DNA of 64,000 nt from an uncultured Phycisphaerales bacterium (GTDB taxonomy: Bacteria; Planctomycetota; Phycisphaerae; Sedimentisphaerales; Anaerobacaceae), in NCBI GenBank assembly GCA_963718665.1, contig OY970359.1, positions 1,376,001-1,440,000 on the forward strand, read 5' to 3'. Below, one piece after another: positions 1-10,765 of this stretch. The notes under the pieces are model-generated. The model saw only the letters and a list, made by a program, of their open reading frames with translations. It was not told where the DNA came from and did not search any database. The translations under genes were made by a program, and so were the position numbers. Each line of letters opens with the position of its first letter. Positions within the stretch are counted from its first letter, which is position 1.

Positions 1-617
1 TGCGCCTGCACTTGGCTGCCGCTGACTCGCCTCTTATGAACAATCGCCAAATCGCCTCCGAGGAACGACGCGTATCGGGACGCTATCTTTATATTACCCA
101 CGTCCGGCGACACGACCGTCAGGTTCTCCATTTTCTTATCGCGGAAATAATTGCTCAAAACAAGCGAGCCGGTCAGATGGTCAACAGGTATATCGAAGAA
201 CCCCTGCAGCTGCTGTGCGTGCAGGTCAACGGCGAGAATCCGGTCTGCGCCCGCGGCGGTAATCACATTGGCGACGAGTTTCGCAGTAATAGGAACCCGC
301 CCTTCGTCTTTGCGGTCCTGGCGGGCATAACCAAAATACGGGATAACGGCGGTAACTCTTTTTGCGCTCGCCCGTTTGAGGCAATCGAGATATATGAGCA
401 GCTCGACGAGGTTTTCATCGACGGGGCTGCATGTGGATTGAAGCACGAAACAGTCCCTGCCCCGCACGTCGTCTTCGACGCGGATGATTTTTTCGCCGTC
501 CGGAAATTTTTCTACCTTGGCTCCGCCCACCGGCAGCTCAAGATACTCGCACACGGCTTTTGCCAGCGGCTCATTGGAACAGCCGGAAAATACTTTTATG
601 TTATCATTTAAAAACAT
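1..617 (-). CDS. prs: Ribose-phosphate pyrophosphokinase, 3' end beyond the window edge
   Basis: Not in the ORF track. Manual minus-strand translation from ATG 617 (SD AAGGAG) gives MFLNDNIKVFSGCSNEPLAKAVCEYL...FPDGE...VIPYFGYARQDRKDEGRVPITAKLVAN; lies downstream of glmU. Confidence 0.95.
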   Translation of the reverse strand, partial: MFLNDNIKVFSGCSNEPLAKAVCEYLELPVGGAKVEKFPDGEKIIRVEDDVRGRDCFVLQSTCSPVDENLVELLIYLDCLKRASAKRVTAVIPYFGYARQDRKDEGRVPITAKLVANVITAAGADRILAVDLHAQQLQGFFDIPVDHLTGSLVLSNYFRDKKMENLTVVSPDVGNIKIASRYASFLGGDLAIVHKRRVSGSQVQA

Positions 618-627
618 CGTTCACTCC

Positions 628-1623
628 TTATCCCCGACACCCATTGCCTGCTTCGCGGCGCTCGATATTCGAGTACCCGGCCGCAAGCGTAACACCATCG
701 CCGATTTTTTCGCCGTTTTGCAGGTGCACAAACGGCCCGATTCGACAGTTTCGACCGATTGAGACCTCGCCGAATATGCAGCAGAACGGCTCAACGACGG
801 TATCCTGACCAATTTGCACTCTTGCGTCTATCCATGTATTAGGCGGGTCAACAATTGTTACGCCGGTTTCCATCAGTCGCTTTTGTATTCTTCGCTGCAT
901 AATCTTGCCGGCATCACTCAACTGCTCCCGGCTGTTGACGCTGACCGCTTCTTCCGGGCGAACCGCCGTAACCGCCACAACCTTGTGCCCGTTTTCGATA
1001 ATCATCGCCAGGGCATCGGTAACATAAAACTCACCCTTAACCCTGTCCGGCTGAACCTGCTGGACGTACTCAAAAAGTATCTTATTGTCGAAAAGATAAT
1101 AGCTTGGGTTGACTTCCTGGATTTTCAACTGTTCGGGCGTGCAGTTTGCGTGTTCGACGATGCCCTCGATATTGCCGTAGGCGTCGCGGACAATGCGTCC
1201 GTAGCCGGTCGGGTCTTCGAGAATGGCGGTAGCCAGCGTCGCGGCAGCGTGTTCGGCCTCGTGTTTGGCGACAACCGTCTTGAGCGTCTCGGCCCGAATC
1301 AGCGGCCCGTCGCCGCAAAGCACCAGCGTCTGCCCCGCGAAATCCTTCAAATGTTCCCTGCAGCACATCACCGCGTGGGCTGTTCCTTTTTGCTGGGGCT
1401 GAATTACCCAGGTTATGTCGCCTGCGTCGCTGAAATACTCTTTCACCTGCTCGGAATTATAGCCCACAACGATGTATATTTTTTCGACGCCGACGCCCCG
1501 GCAGGCATCCAGCACATAAGAGAGCATAGGCCTTCCGCAGACCTCGTGGAGGACCTTTGGCATCTTCGTATTCATCCGCTTGCTTACGCCCGCGGCCAGA
1601 ATTATCGCAACTCTTTGCGCCAT
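628..1623 (-). CDS. glmU: GlmU-like UDP-GlcNAc pyrophosphorylase with only a short hexapeptide-repeat tail
   Basis: ILAAG..KRM...PKVLH, QxGTAHA, PTGYGRIVR and GEFYVTD motifs; glmU-prs synteny; start taken as ATG 1623. Confidence 0.9.
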   Translation of the reverse strand: MAQRVAIILAAGVSKRMNTKMPKVLHEVCGRPMLSYVLDACRGVGVEKIYIVVGYNSEQVKEYFSDAGDITWVIQPQQKGTAHAVMCCREHLKDFAGQTLVLCGDGPLIRAETLKTVVAKHEAEHAAATLATAILEDPTGYGRIVRDAYGNIEGIVEHANCTPEQLKIQEVNPSYYLFDNKILFEYVQQVQPDRVKGEFYVTDALAMIIENGHKVVAVTAVRPEEAVSVNSREQLSDAGKIMQRRIQKRLMETGVTIVDPPNTWIDARVQIGQDTVVEPFCCIFGEVSIGRNCRIGPFVHLQNGEKIGDGVTLAAGYSNIERREAGNGCRG

Positions 1624-1662
1624 CACTGAACTCAACACTAAAAACTCAAAACTATCTTTAAT

Positions 1663-1734
1663 CTACCCGGCCAGGACTCGAACCTGGAATGGGAGGACCA
1701 AAACCTCCTGTGTTACCGATTACACCACCGGGTA
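1663..1734 (-). tRNA. tRNA-Gln(TTG)
   Basis: Reverse complement TACCCGGTGGTGTAATCGGTAACACAGGAGGTTTTGGTCCTCCCATTCCAGGTTCGAGTCCTGGCCGGGTAG folds as a cloverleaf: acceptor TACCCGG/CCGGGTA, anticodon stem GGAGG/CCTCC with TTG, T-loop TTCGAGT. Confidence 0.97.
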
Positions 1735-1747
1735 ATCTTTTAAATCT

Positions 1748-1849
1748 TAAAACGCAAAGCGAAAAACTCAAAAACCAAACCTGAAAATTCAAAGCTTGCC
1801 GGCTTTGTGCTTCAGTTTTGCACTTTACACTTTAAGTTCTAAACTTCCA
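1748..1849. repeat. Degenerate heptamer tandem repeats arranged as inverted arms
   Basis: A-rich 7-mers (aaaacgc, aaaactc, aaaaacc, aaaattc) followed by T-rich 7-mers (agttttg, cacttta, cacttta, agttcta). Confidence 0.6.
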
Positions 1850-1938
1850 AGTTGTCACGGAGGCCATTCTAAAGTCAGCCTGACTGGACGCCGCCGGAGG
1901 CCTGAATCAACTATGCCGTGATACTGTTGACCCGCTCG

Positions 1939-2003
1939 CCCCGTGAGATACTACTTTTTACTCAAAATCAACTATGAACACAAAATGTGCTTATCTCACG
2001 GGG
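1939..2003. repeat. Palindromic element, intergenic copy
   Basis: Perfect 12-bp terminal inverted repeat CCCCGTGAGATA (1939-1950) / TATCTCACGGGG (1992-2003), related to the termini of the rlmN inserts. Confidence 0.8.
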
Positions 2004-2034
2004 TAAACCCCATTCGACGGAGCTAATCGGCAGT

Positions 2035-2063
2035 AATATACCGTATCCGCCACGCCCCGGCAA
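2035..2063 (-). promoter_or_regulatory. Candidate sigma70 promoter for tRNA-Gln-glmU-prs
   Basis: TTGCCG-N17-TATATT on the minus strand, just downstream of a terminator. Confidence 0.45.
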
Positions 2064-2084
2064 GGGATTTTTCGAAAAATGCGA

Positions 2085-2118
2085 TAAAAAAAAGAAAAAG
2101 GGGTCAGGCCCCTTTTTC
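2085..2118 (-). terminator. Intrinsic terminator overlapping the stop codon of 2104..3270
   Basis: Minus strand GAAAAAGGGG-CCTGA-CCCCTTTTTC followed by a T-run. Confidence 0.7.
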
Positions 2119-3270
2119 GTTGAGGTCTGCCGGCCGGGCGGGTTTACCCTCCGCTATTTTAGTCATTTGGAAAGTCGTAACCGTATGCGTGATAATGGGT
2201 TCCGGACCGGACGTTGGCCTAAGCATCTGGCTCTTGGTAGCCAATTTCACTCTTTCGACCATATCCTGCGTCATCTTATTGTTGATTATCCGGCCTGTGG
2301 CATTCTCGATTTCAATCTGGCCGGCACCATCGCCCGATATTTCTCTGCTTGCCTTCGTGGAAGTCCCCCCCGCTGCTTCGCTTTGCGAAGCAAGGCGGCG
2401 GGGGTCCGACGTTTGCGTATTGGCAACCTGGGTAACCTCGGGCCGAACAATTAAATTGACGTCCACAACAGAAATTCCGCCTTGTCGCCCCGCGTCTTGC
2501 TGTCGCACGCCGGCAGCGGGGGTATTCAGCCGGAAGGTCTTCTCAAAAACTATATTTACCTCCTCTATCCGCTCCGACTTGGCGGTATAGCCCACATCCG
2601 CGGAAGACAAAACCTCTTTGCGGGTCCATATCGTCCCTTCGTTATTTGAATCGGAAAAAACCGCAAATTGGTCTTCAAACATACGTCTTACCCCCGGTTC
2701 GTCAAATTGCCGGTCAACGTTTCGGCTGACCATGTCCGCGCCGGGAATATCACCTATTTTGGCTTTTGCGGATGTAATGAGTGCCTGCAAACCGTTGATT
2801 TTATCTATATGCCCCTGAGGCGTTATTCGCAAATAAATCTCTTCGCCTGTCGCCAGACACAACGGCATCGCCGGGATTGGCGTCTTAAATTCATTTGCAT
2901 CGGAATCAAAATCTAATTTCTGGTCTTTCGACCGCAGTTTCATAATAACTCGTCTATATGTGTATCTGACCCAGGCGGAGCCGTTTTCATCAACATCTTG
3001 CACATCCATGTCGCATTCGAGGTGTGTGGTTTGCTCCGCAGACCATTCATTGCCGTCTATCACTCGCGATATTTTCTGCTCAGTAACCGACACCAGCGAA
3101 TACTTATCGCCGGGCGCAAATTTAAACCTCAGCGAATCAGCCATCGCATTAGAGCAAAGCAGCAAACTTACGCAGCAAATTAAGAATTGAGAATTAAGAA
3201 TTGAGAATGGCTCGCCTGGTGTTATGCCACGCCAATTGCTCTTCTTTATTCTAAATTCTAAATTCTTCAT
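2104..3270 (-). CDS. Secreted hypothetical protein (DUF6263-like)
   Basis: SD GGAGG; signal-like segment ending SNAMA; mature LRFKFAPGDKY...DFDS pattern recalled from DUF6263 proteins. Confidence 0.65.
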   Translation of the reverse strand: MKNLEFRIKKSNWRGITPGEPFSILNSQFLICCVSLLLCSNAMADSLRFKFAPGDKYSLVSVTEQKISRVIDGNEWSAEQTTHLECDMDVQDVDENGSAWVRYTYRRVIMKLRSKDQKLDFDSDANEFKTPIPAMPLCLATGEEIYLRITPQGHIDKINGLQALITSAKAKIGDIPGADMVSRNVDRQFDEPGVRRMFEDQFAVFSDSNNEGTIWTRKEVLSSADVGYTAKSERIEEVNIVFEKTFRLNTPAAGVRQQDAGRQGGISVVDVNLIVRPEVTQVANTQTSDPRRLASQSEAAGGTSTKASREISGDGAGQIEIENATGRIINNKMTQDMVERVKLATKSQMLRPTSGPEPIITHTVTTFQMTKIAEGKPARPADLNEKGA

Positions 3271-3273
3271 TCT
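3178..3273. repeat. Heptamer inverted-repeat element overlapping the 5' coding end of 2104..3270
   Basis: AATTAAG AATTGAG AATTAAG AATTGAG (3178-3205) and TTCTAAA TTCTAAA TTCTTCA (3249-3269); translated as NLEFRIK...FSILNSQFLI. Confidence 0.75.
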
Positions 3274-3281
3274 GAGGCCTC

Positions 3282-4424
3282 CTATCTTTTAGCGCCAAGC
3301 TGCCCGCAGGCGGCGTTTATTGTCTGGCCCATTTTCAGCCGGACGGTCGTCTCTATGCCGGCATCTTCCAGAACCCCGGCAAACCGCTCTATCGCCTCCC
3401 GGCCGCTCGGTTTCAAACCGCAGCCAAGATACGGATTATACTCTATCAGATTCACGTTGCACATCACCACGCGCCCTGTTAGAAACCTGCGATTTGTTGG
3501 AAAGTTCCGTGTTACGATTTTTTCTAACGGGGCGCGTAGCCGCCTAATCAGCATCTGTGCGTGAAGAACCGTGTCATTGACGCCCTTTATCAGGCAATAC
3601 TCGAAAGTTACGCGATTCCGCGTTTTGCGCTGATAAAGCTCGACTGCCGCGAAAAGCCGGCCCAGCGAATACTTTTTGGCAATCGGCATCAGCTTTTGCC
3701 GGATGGCGTCGGTAGGGGCATTCAGCGATATCGCCAATCGCGGCTGGATATCCTCGTCGGCTAAACGCTCAATGCCTTCCACAAGCCCGCACGTGCTTAT
3801 CGTCAAATGGCGAATGCCTATATGCCTGCCCGCCGAGTGATTCAGTATGCGAACCGCGTCGAGCGTCGCTTCGTAATTCGCCAACGGCTCGCCCATGCCC
3901 ATAAAGACGACGTTGCTGATACGAGCCCCGTTAGAAATCTGCGATTCGCTGGAAAGTTCCGTATCGGGATTTTTTCTTACGGGGCGAGTGTCCCCTCCGG
4001 CCACATTCACCTGGTCAACAATCTCGCCGGCGGTCAGGTTCCTCGCAAGGCCAAGTCGGCCGGTCGCGCAAAAGACGCATCCCATCCCGCAGCCGACCTG
4101 CGTTGAAACGCACAATGTTCGCCGGTCATCGTCAAACAAAAGCACTGATTCCACTCGACCGCCATCGGGCAATCCGAAGACATACTTCACCGTCCCGTCA
4201 GGGTCCGTCAATTTTTCGATGACCCGCAATGACGAAATATAGTAGCCCTCTTCGACAAGTTTGACGCGAAGGGGCTTGCTCAAGGTGGTGATTGCGGAAA
4301 TATCGGTTACGCTGTGCGCCTGAATCGCGCTGAAAATATACCCCGCCAGGTATTTGGCCTGGTCAAGCCCGACAACAAGGCGTTCAAGCCCCGCAACCGT
4401 CTTCGATTTAAGGTCTTTTCCCAC
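3282..4424 (-). CDS. rlmN: 23S rRNA/tRNA m2A methyltransferase RlmN with two in-frame inserts
   Basis: CVSTQVGCGMGCVFCATG, VFMGMGEPL, ISLNAP, NLIEYN and AACGQL motifs. Confidence 0.95.
   Translation of the reverse strand: MGKDLKSKTVAGLERLVVGLDQAKYLAGYIFSAIQAHSVTDISAITTLSKPLRVKLVEEGYYISSLRVIEKLTDPDGTVKYVFGLPDGGRVESVLLFDDDRRTLCVSTQVGCGMGCVFCATGRLGLARNLTAGEIVDQVNVAGGDTRPVRKNPDTELSSESQISNGARISNVVFMGMGEPLANYEATLDAVRILNHSAGRHIGIRHLTISTCGLVEGIERLADEDIQPRLAISLNAPTDAIRQKLMPIAKKYSLGRLFAAVELYQRKTRNRVTFEYCLIKGVNDTVLHAQMLIRRLRAPLEKIVTRNFPTNRRFLTGRVVMCNVNLIEYNPYLGCGLKPSGREAIERFAGVLEDAGIETTVRLKMGQTINAACGQLGAKR
3469..3537. repeat. 69-bp palindromic element, copy A inside rlmN
   Basis: ACGCGCCCTGTTAGAAA...TTTCTAACGGGGCGCGT, 17-bp inverted repeat with 1 mismatch; 58/69 identical to copy B by hand alignment. 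Confidence 0.9.
3921..3989. repeat. 69-bp palindromic element, copy B inside rlmN
   Basis: ACGAGCCCCGTTAGAAA...TTTCTTACGGGGCGAGT; shares the internal CTGCGATT and TGGAAAGTTCCGT with copy A. Confidence 0.9.
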
Positions 4425-4494
4425 AGGGGTATTCTACCATATTTGGGAAATGGCACGAGCTTCAAGCCCGTGAAAATACGGCCAAGATGTGTTA

Positions 4495-6915
4495 CTATTC
4501 TTCCTCTTTATCGACGGCGGCGTAGCCCTGCTGGCCCTCGCTAACATAGGCCGAATCGCTGCTCTTCTGCCCGCCCGCTTCCGAGACCCTCTGTTTTTCC
4601 AGCTCGTCTCGCAACTGCTCCCAGTCCTCGACGCCCATCATCACCTCGCGTGCCTGGCTACCCTTGTATTCGCCAAGTATGCCCAGCGCCGCCATTTGCT
4701 CAATCATACGCGACGCACGGGCATAGCCAACGCCTAAGCGACGCTGCAACAGCGATACGCTGCCTCGCTTGCTGTCCAGAACAGTCCGCACGGCATCGTC
4801 AAACAGCTCGTCTTCTATCATTTCGGTTGTGTCCGCCTGGCCAAGCTGCGTAAGCTCGGGATGGAACTGCGGCTCGGCGACTTCCTTGAGGTGCTTGACT
4901 ATCCGCCGAACCTCGTCGTCGCTGACAAATGTACCCTGGGCGCGAATCAGGTCGCTTGTCCCCGGCTTCAAAAACAGCATATCGCCCTGACCCAGCAGCG
5001 TTTCCGCGCCGTTCTGGTCGAGGATAATACGGCTGTCCATTCGGGCGGCAACTCTGAAACCGATACGCGTAGGCATATTCGCCTTAATCAGGCCCGTAAC
5101 AACCGTCGCCTGCGGTCTCTGCGTCGCGAGCACAATGTGAATCCCGACCGCCCGGCTTTTCTGCGCCAGCCGAACTATATGCGCCTCGATTTCCTTGGCC
5201 GCGGTCATCATCAGGTCCGCAAGCTCATCGATAACTATCACAACATAAGGCAGCTTCTTGGGAATCTTGGCCTCTTCCTCGGGGCTTGTCGGCTCAAATC
5301 GCCTTATGACTTCCTCGGTCCCAAGGGCATTGTATTCGCTGATATTCTTGACGCGGGCCTCAGCAAGAAGGGCATATCGCTCGTCCATCTTGATTGTCGC
5401 CCATTCCAGAATCTGAACCGCACGCCTGGTCTCCGTAACAATCGGCGTCATCAAATGCGGTATGGTATTGAACGCCGTCATCTCGACCATTTTCGGGTCG
5501 ATAAGAATCATCTTAACATCGTCGGGCCTGCGAGTCAGCAAAATACCAGCGATAATAGTATTGATACACACGCTTTTGCCCGACCCGGTAGTGCCCGCGA
5601 TAAGCAGATGAGGCATACTCGTCAGATCCGAAACCAGCGCCTCGCCCGACGAATCCTTGCCCAAAAACAACGGTATCGCCATACTTTCGGGCTTGTTTCC
5701 CGCCAGCCGGAGCAGGTCTTTTATGCGCACTTTCTCTTTTTCACTGTTGGGAACCTCGACGCCGATTGTGTGCTTGCCCGGCAGGGGAGCGACTATGCGA
5801 ACCGCGCCTACGCCCAGCGCACGGGCAATATCATTTGAAAGCGAACTAATCTGGCTGACCTTTACGCCCGCCGCAAGCTGCAATTCGAACATCGTAACGA
5901 CGGGCCCGGTCTCAGCCGCCACAACCCTCGCCGAGACATCGAATTCATTAAGCAGGCCCTCCAGCGCGACCGCCTTGGCCTTGACGACCTTTTCCTGAAT
6001 CGACGTGAAGTTATGCTCCGGCTCATCGAGCAGGTCCATACCAGGCATCGTGTAATCGGCATAACTTGGCGGCTCGTATGGCTCCGTGGTTTTTTTAGTA
6101 GTAACCGGCTGCAATCGCATCTGGGCGCCCGCGGGAGCCGGCGCGCTTTCGATTACCGGCGTGCCGTGAAGGGCGGATTCAACGTCGGTGTCCCTGTCAG
6201 GCAGCTCGTGTGCATTCTTATCTGCCGCTGCCGATAACGATGGGCGCAACAGCATCTCCTGCTTTTTATCTTCCGTCTTCTGCTTCAAGCTCAGCCGACG
6301 CCATATCTGACCGAGAACCCTCGATTGCTCCGACCCCGTCAGCCACTTCGGCGCGGCAAAACCCAGCATCTTGCGAACCACAAACCCAAGCGCACCAAAA
6401 AATACCGCCACAACCTGGTCGGCCAGCAGCATCATCCCGACAACCCACAGGGTGCCAAGAAGTATAGCCGTGCCAAGTGTGGCAAAATGACTCCGCAAAA
6501 ACTCCGCCGCGGCAACCCCCAGCACTCCGCCCGAACCGGTCGGGAAACCGTAAATGCCGTGCTGCGTAAAGCAATAAAACGTCGTCGAGGCCGCAGTCGT
6601 TACAAGCACAAGGCCCACGCCTCGCAAAACCGGCTGGTCGATTTCGACCTCGGCAACCTCGGCAATGGCAAAGTAAAGGGCGGCTGCCAGCACAATAAAT
6701 ATGCCGGGGCCGATGTAATACAGCAAATAATACGCGAATAGCGCCCCCGCAGGGCCGCACCAGTTGGCCGCCGGCTTGTTATTCGGATATACAAATTTGC
6801 TGGGCCAGTCGCCTATATTAAAACTCAGACAACTGCAAAAAAGTACCAAAAGACCCGCAACTAAAAGGCATTGCAGGGCCTTTACCTTCATCCTCTTGTC
6901 TTTCACCCGGCTCAT
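4495..6915 (-). CDS. ftsK: DNA translocase FtsK/SpoIIIE
   Basis: N-terminal membrane domain, PHLLIAGTTGSGKS Walker A, VIDELADLMM, ATQRP and gamma domain SLLQRRLGVGYARA; start uncertain (6963, 6915 or 6891). Confidence 0.96.
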   Translation of the reverse strand: MSRVKDKRMKVKALQCLLVAGLLVLFCSCLSFNIGDWPSKFVYPNNKPAANWCGPAGALFAYYLLYYIGPGIFIVLAAALYFAIAEVAEVEIDQPVLRGVGLVLVTTAASTTFYCFTQHGIYGFPTGSGGVLGVAAAEFLRSHFATLGTAILLGTLWVVGMMLLADQVVAVFFGALGFVVRKMLGFAAPKWLTGSEQSRVLGQIWRRLSLKQKTEDKKQEMLLRPSLSAAADKNAHELPDRDTDVESALHGTPVIESAPAPAGAQMRLQPVTTKKTTEPYEPPSYADYTMPGMDLLDEPEHNFTSIQEKVVKAKAVALEGLLNEFDVSARVVAAETGPVVTMFELQLAAGVKVSQISSLSNDIARALGVGAVRIVAPLPGKHTIGVEVPNSEKEKVRIKDLLRLAGNKPESMAIPLFLGKDSSGEALVSDLTSMPHLLIAGTTGSGKSVCINTIIAGILLTRRPDDVKMILIDPKMVEMTAFNTIPHLMTPIVTETRRAVQILEWATIKMDERYALLAEARVKNISEYNALGTEEVIRRFEPTSPEEEAKIPKKLPYVVIVIDELADLMMTAAKEIEAHIVRLAQKSRAVGIHIVLATQRPQATVVTGLIKANMPTRIGFRVAARMDSRIILDQNGAETLLGQGDMLFLKPGTSDLIRAQGTFVSDDEVRRIVKHLKEVAEPQFHPELTQLGQADTTEMIEDELFDDAVRTVLDSKRGSVSLLQRRLGVGYARASRMIEQMAALGILGEYKGSQAREVMMGVEDWEQLRDELEKQRVSEAGGQKSSDSAYVSEGQQGYAAVDKEEE

Positions 6916-7089
6916 ATATAATAGCGTCCGATAATAAATAACGTCCGTGAAAACAACTGCCACCTACACTGTAACACAGCTATTGATTTATCGGCAAGAA
7001 CCCTGATTTTCTGTTGATTATCAATAAAAAAAGCCCCGCAGCAAATCCGTTCACCGCAGGGCATAAAGACCTGTTTATTTTAACCTTTT

Positions 7090-7779
7090 TTATTTGGGCG
7101 GAGCGGGCTGAGTAACCGTCGTCGCGGGCGGCTTTGGCGGCGGCGCCGCCTCGGGAATCCGGACCGCTACTCCCAGCCGACCAAGCTCGCCGGCAACATC
7201 CGCCTGATTGGAGTTTAGCTGGAAGCTGCGAATAAAGTAATCCTTGGCCATGTCCTTTTTGTCCTTGTGCAGGTAGTAATAGCCAAGCTGCCGATTTACC
7301 GGCGCCGAATCGGGCGTCGCCTGGAGGGCGCTGGTGTAGCACTTCAGGGCATAATCATCAAGCCCCTGTTTCTCGAAGGCCGCACCCAGCGATAAAACCT
7401 GTTCCGGCATTGAGACCACCTGTGTCATATAATTGTTTGCAACCCAGTCGGCCTTTGTCTTGTCGCCTTTATCAAGCTGGAGCTTCACCATCGCGGCCTG
7501 AACTTCGCGATACGCGGCGTTAAAACCCAGCGCGAGATTATAATGCCACTCCGCCTTCGACCAGTCGCCTTGAGCGTGGTACAACTGGCCAAGCTCGTAA
7601 TGGGCCGTAGGATTTTCCCATTTCTGGTCCAGCTCCTTCTTCAGCTCCATCATCCGTATATCGGAAGCCATCCTGGCATTCTGGTCCACCCGGACCGTGC
7701 TGCCGTTTTTCTGGCAACCGGCAACAACCAATGCGCAGAGCGTAATCTCAAAAATCATTATTCGCACTTTAGCGTTCAT
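7090..7779 (-). CDS. TPR-repeat lipoprotein
   Basis: SD GGAGG before ATG 7779; lipobox VVAGC; TPR units (AHYELGQLY, VNRQLGYYY); Pro-rich tail. Confidence 0.8.
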   Translation of the reverse strand: MNAKVRIMIFEITLCALVVAGCQKNGSTVRVDQNARMASDIRMMELKKELDQKWENPTAHYELGQLYHAQGDWSKAEWHYNLALGFNAAYREVQAAMVKLQLDKGDKTKADWVANNYMTQVVSMPEQVLSLGAAFEKQGLDDYALKCYTSALQATPDSAPVNRQLGYYYLHKDKKDMAKDYFIRSFQLNSNQADVAGELGRLGVAVRIPEAAPPPKPPATTVTQPAPPK

Positions 7780-7949
7780 TTTTTCGCCTCCATGACTTTT
7801 ATCTCTATGCCAAACACCCGACGCTCGACGCTCGACACTCACGAATTGAGCATTAAACGTCAATGGTATTTTGTGCAACTGTGTGTTGCTTTGCAAGAGA
7901 AAATTCTACTCGGAATGCTAAATTTTTTTCTCGTCCCCGCCAGGCAAAA

Positions 7950-10744
<2,795 letters not shown>

Positions 10745-10765
10745 TCGACAATCCCTTGTGAAGGC

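Noticed and set aside
12..611. 199-aa plus-strand ORF, and many similar long ORFs antisense to ftsK, gyrB, der and others
   Set aside because: They are shadows of well-supported genes on the opposite strand (here prs) and show no recognisable motifs.
3469..3989. CRISPR repeats or self-splicing introns in rlmN
   Set aside because: Only two copies separated by conserved coding sequence, no cas genes, and 69 bp is far too short for group I/II introns or inteins.
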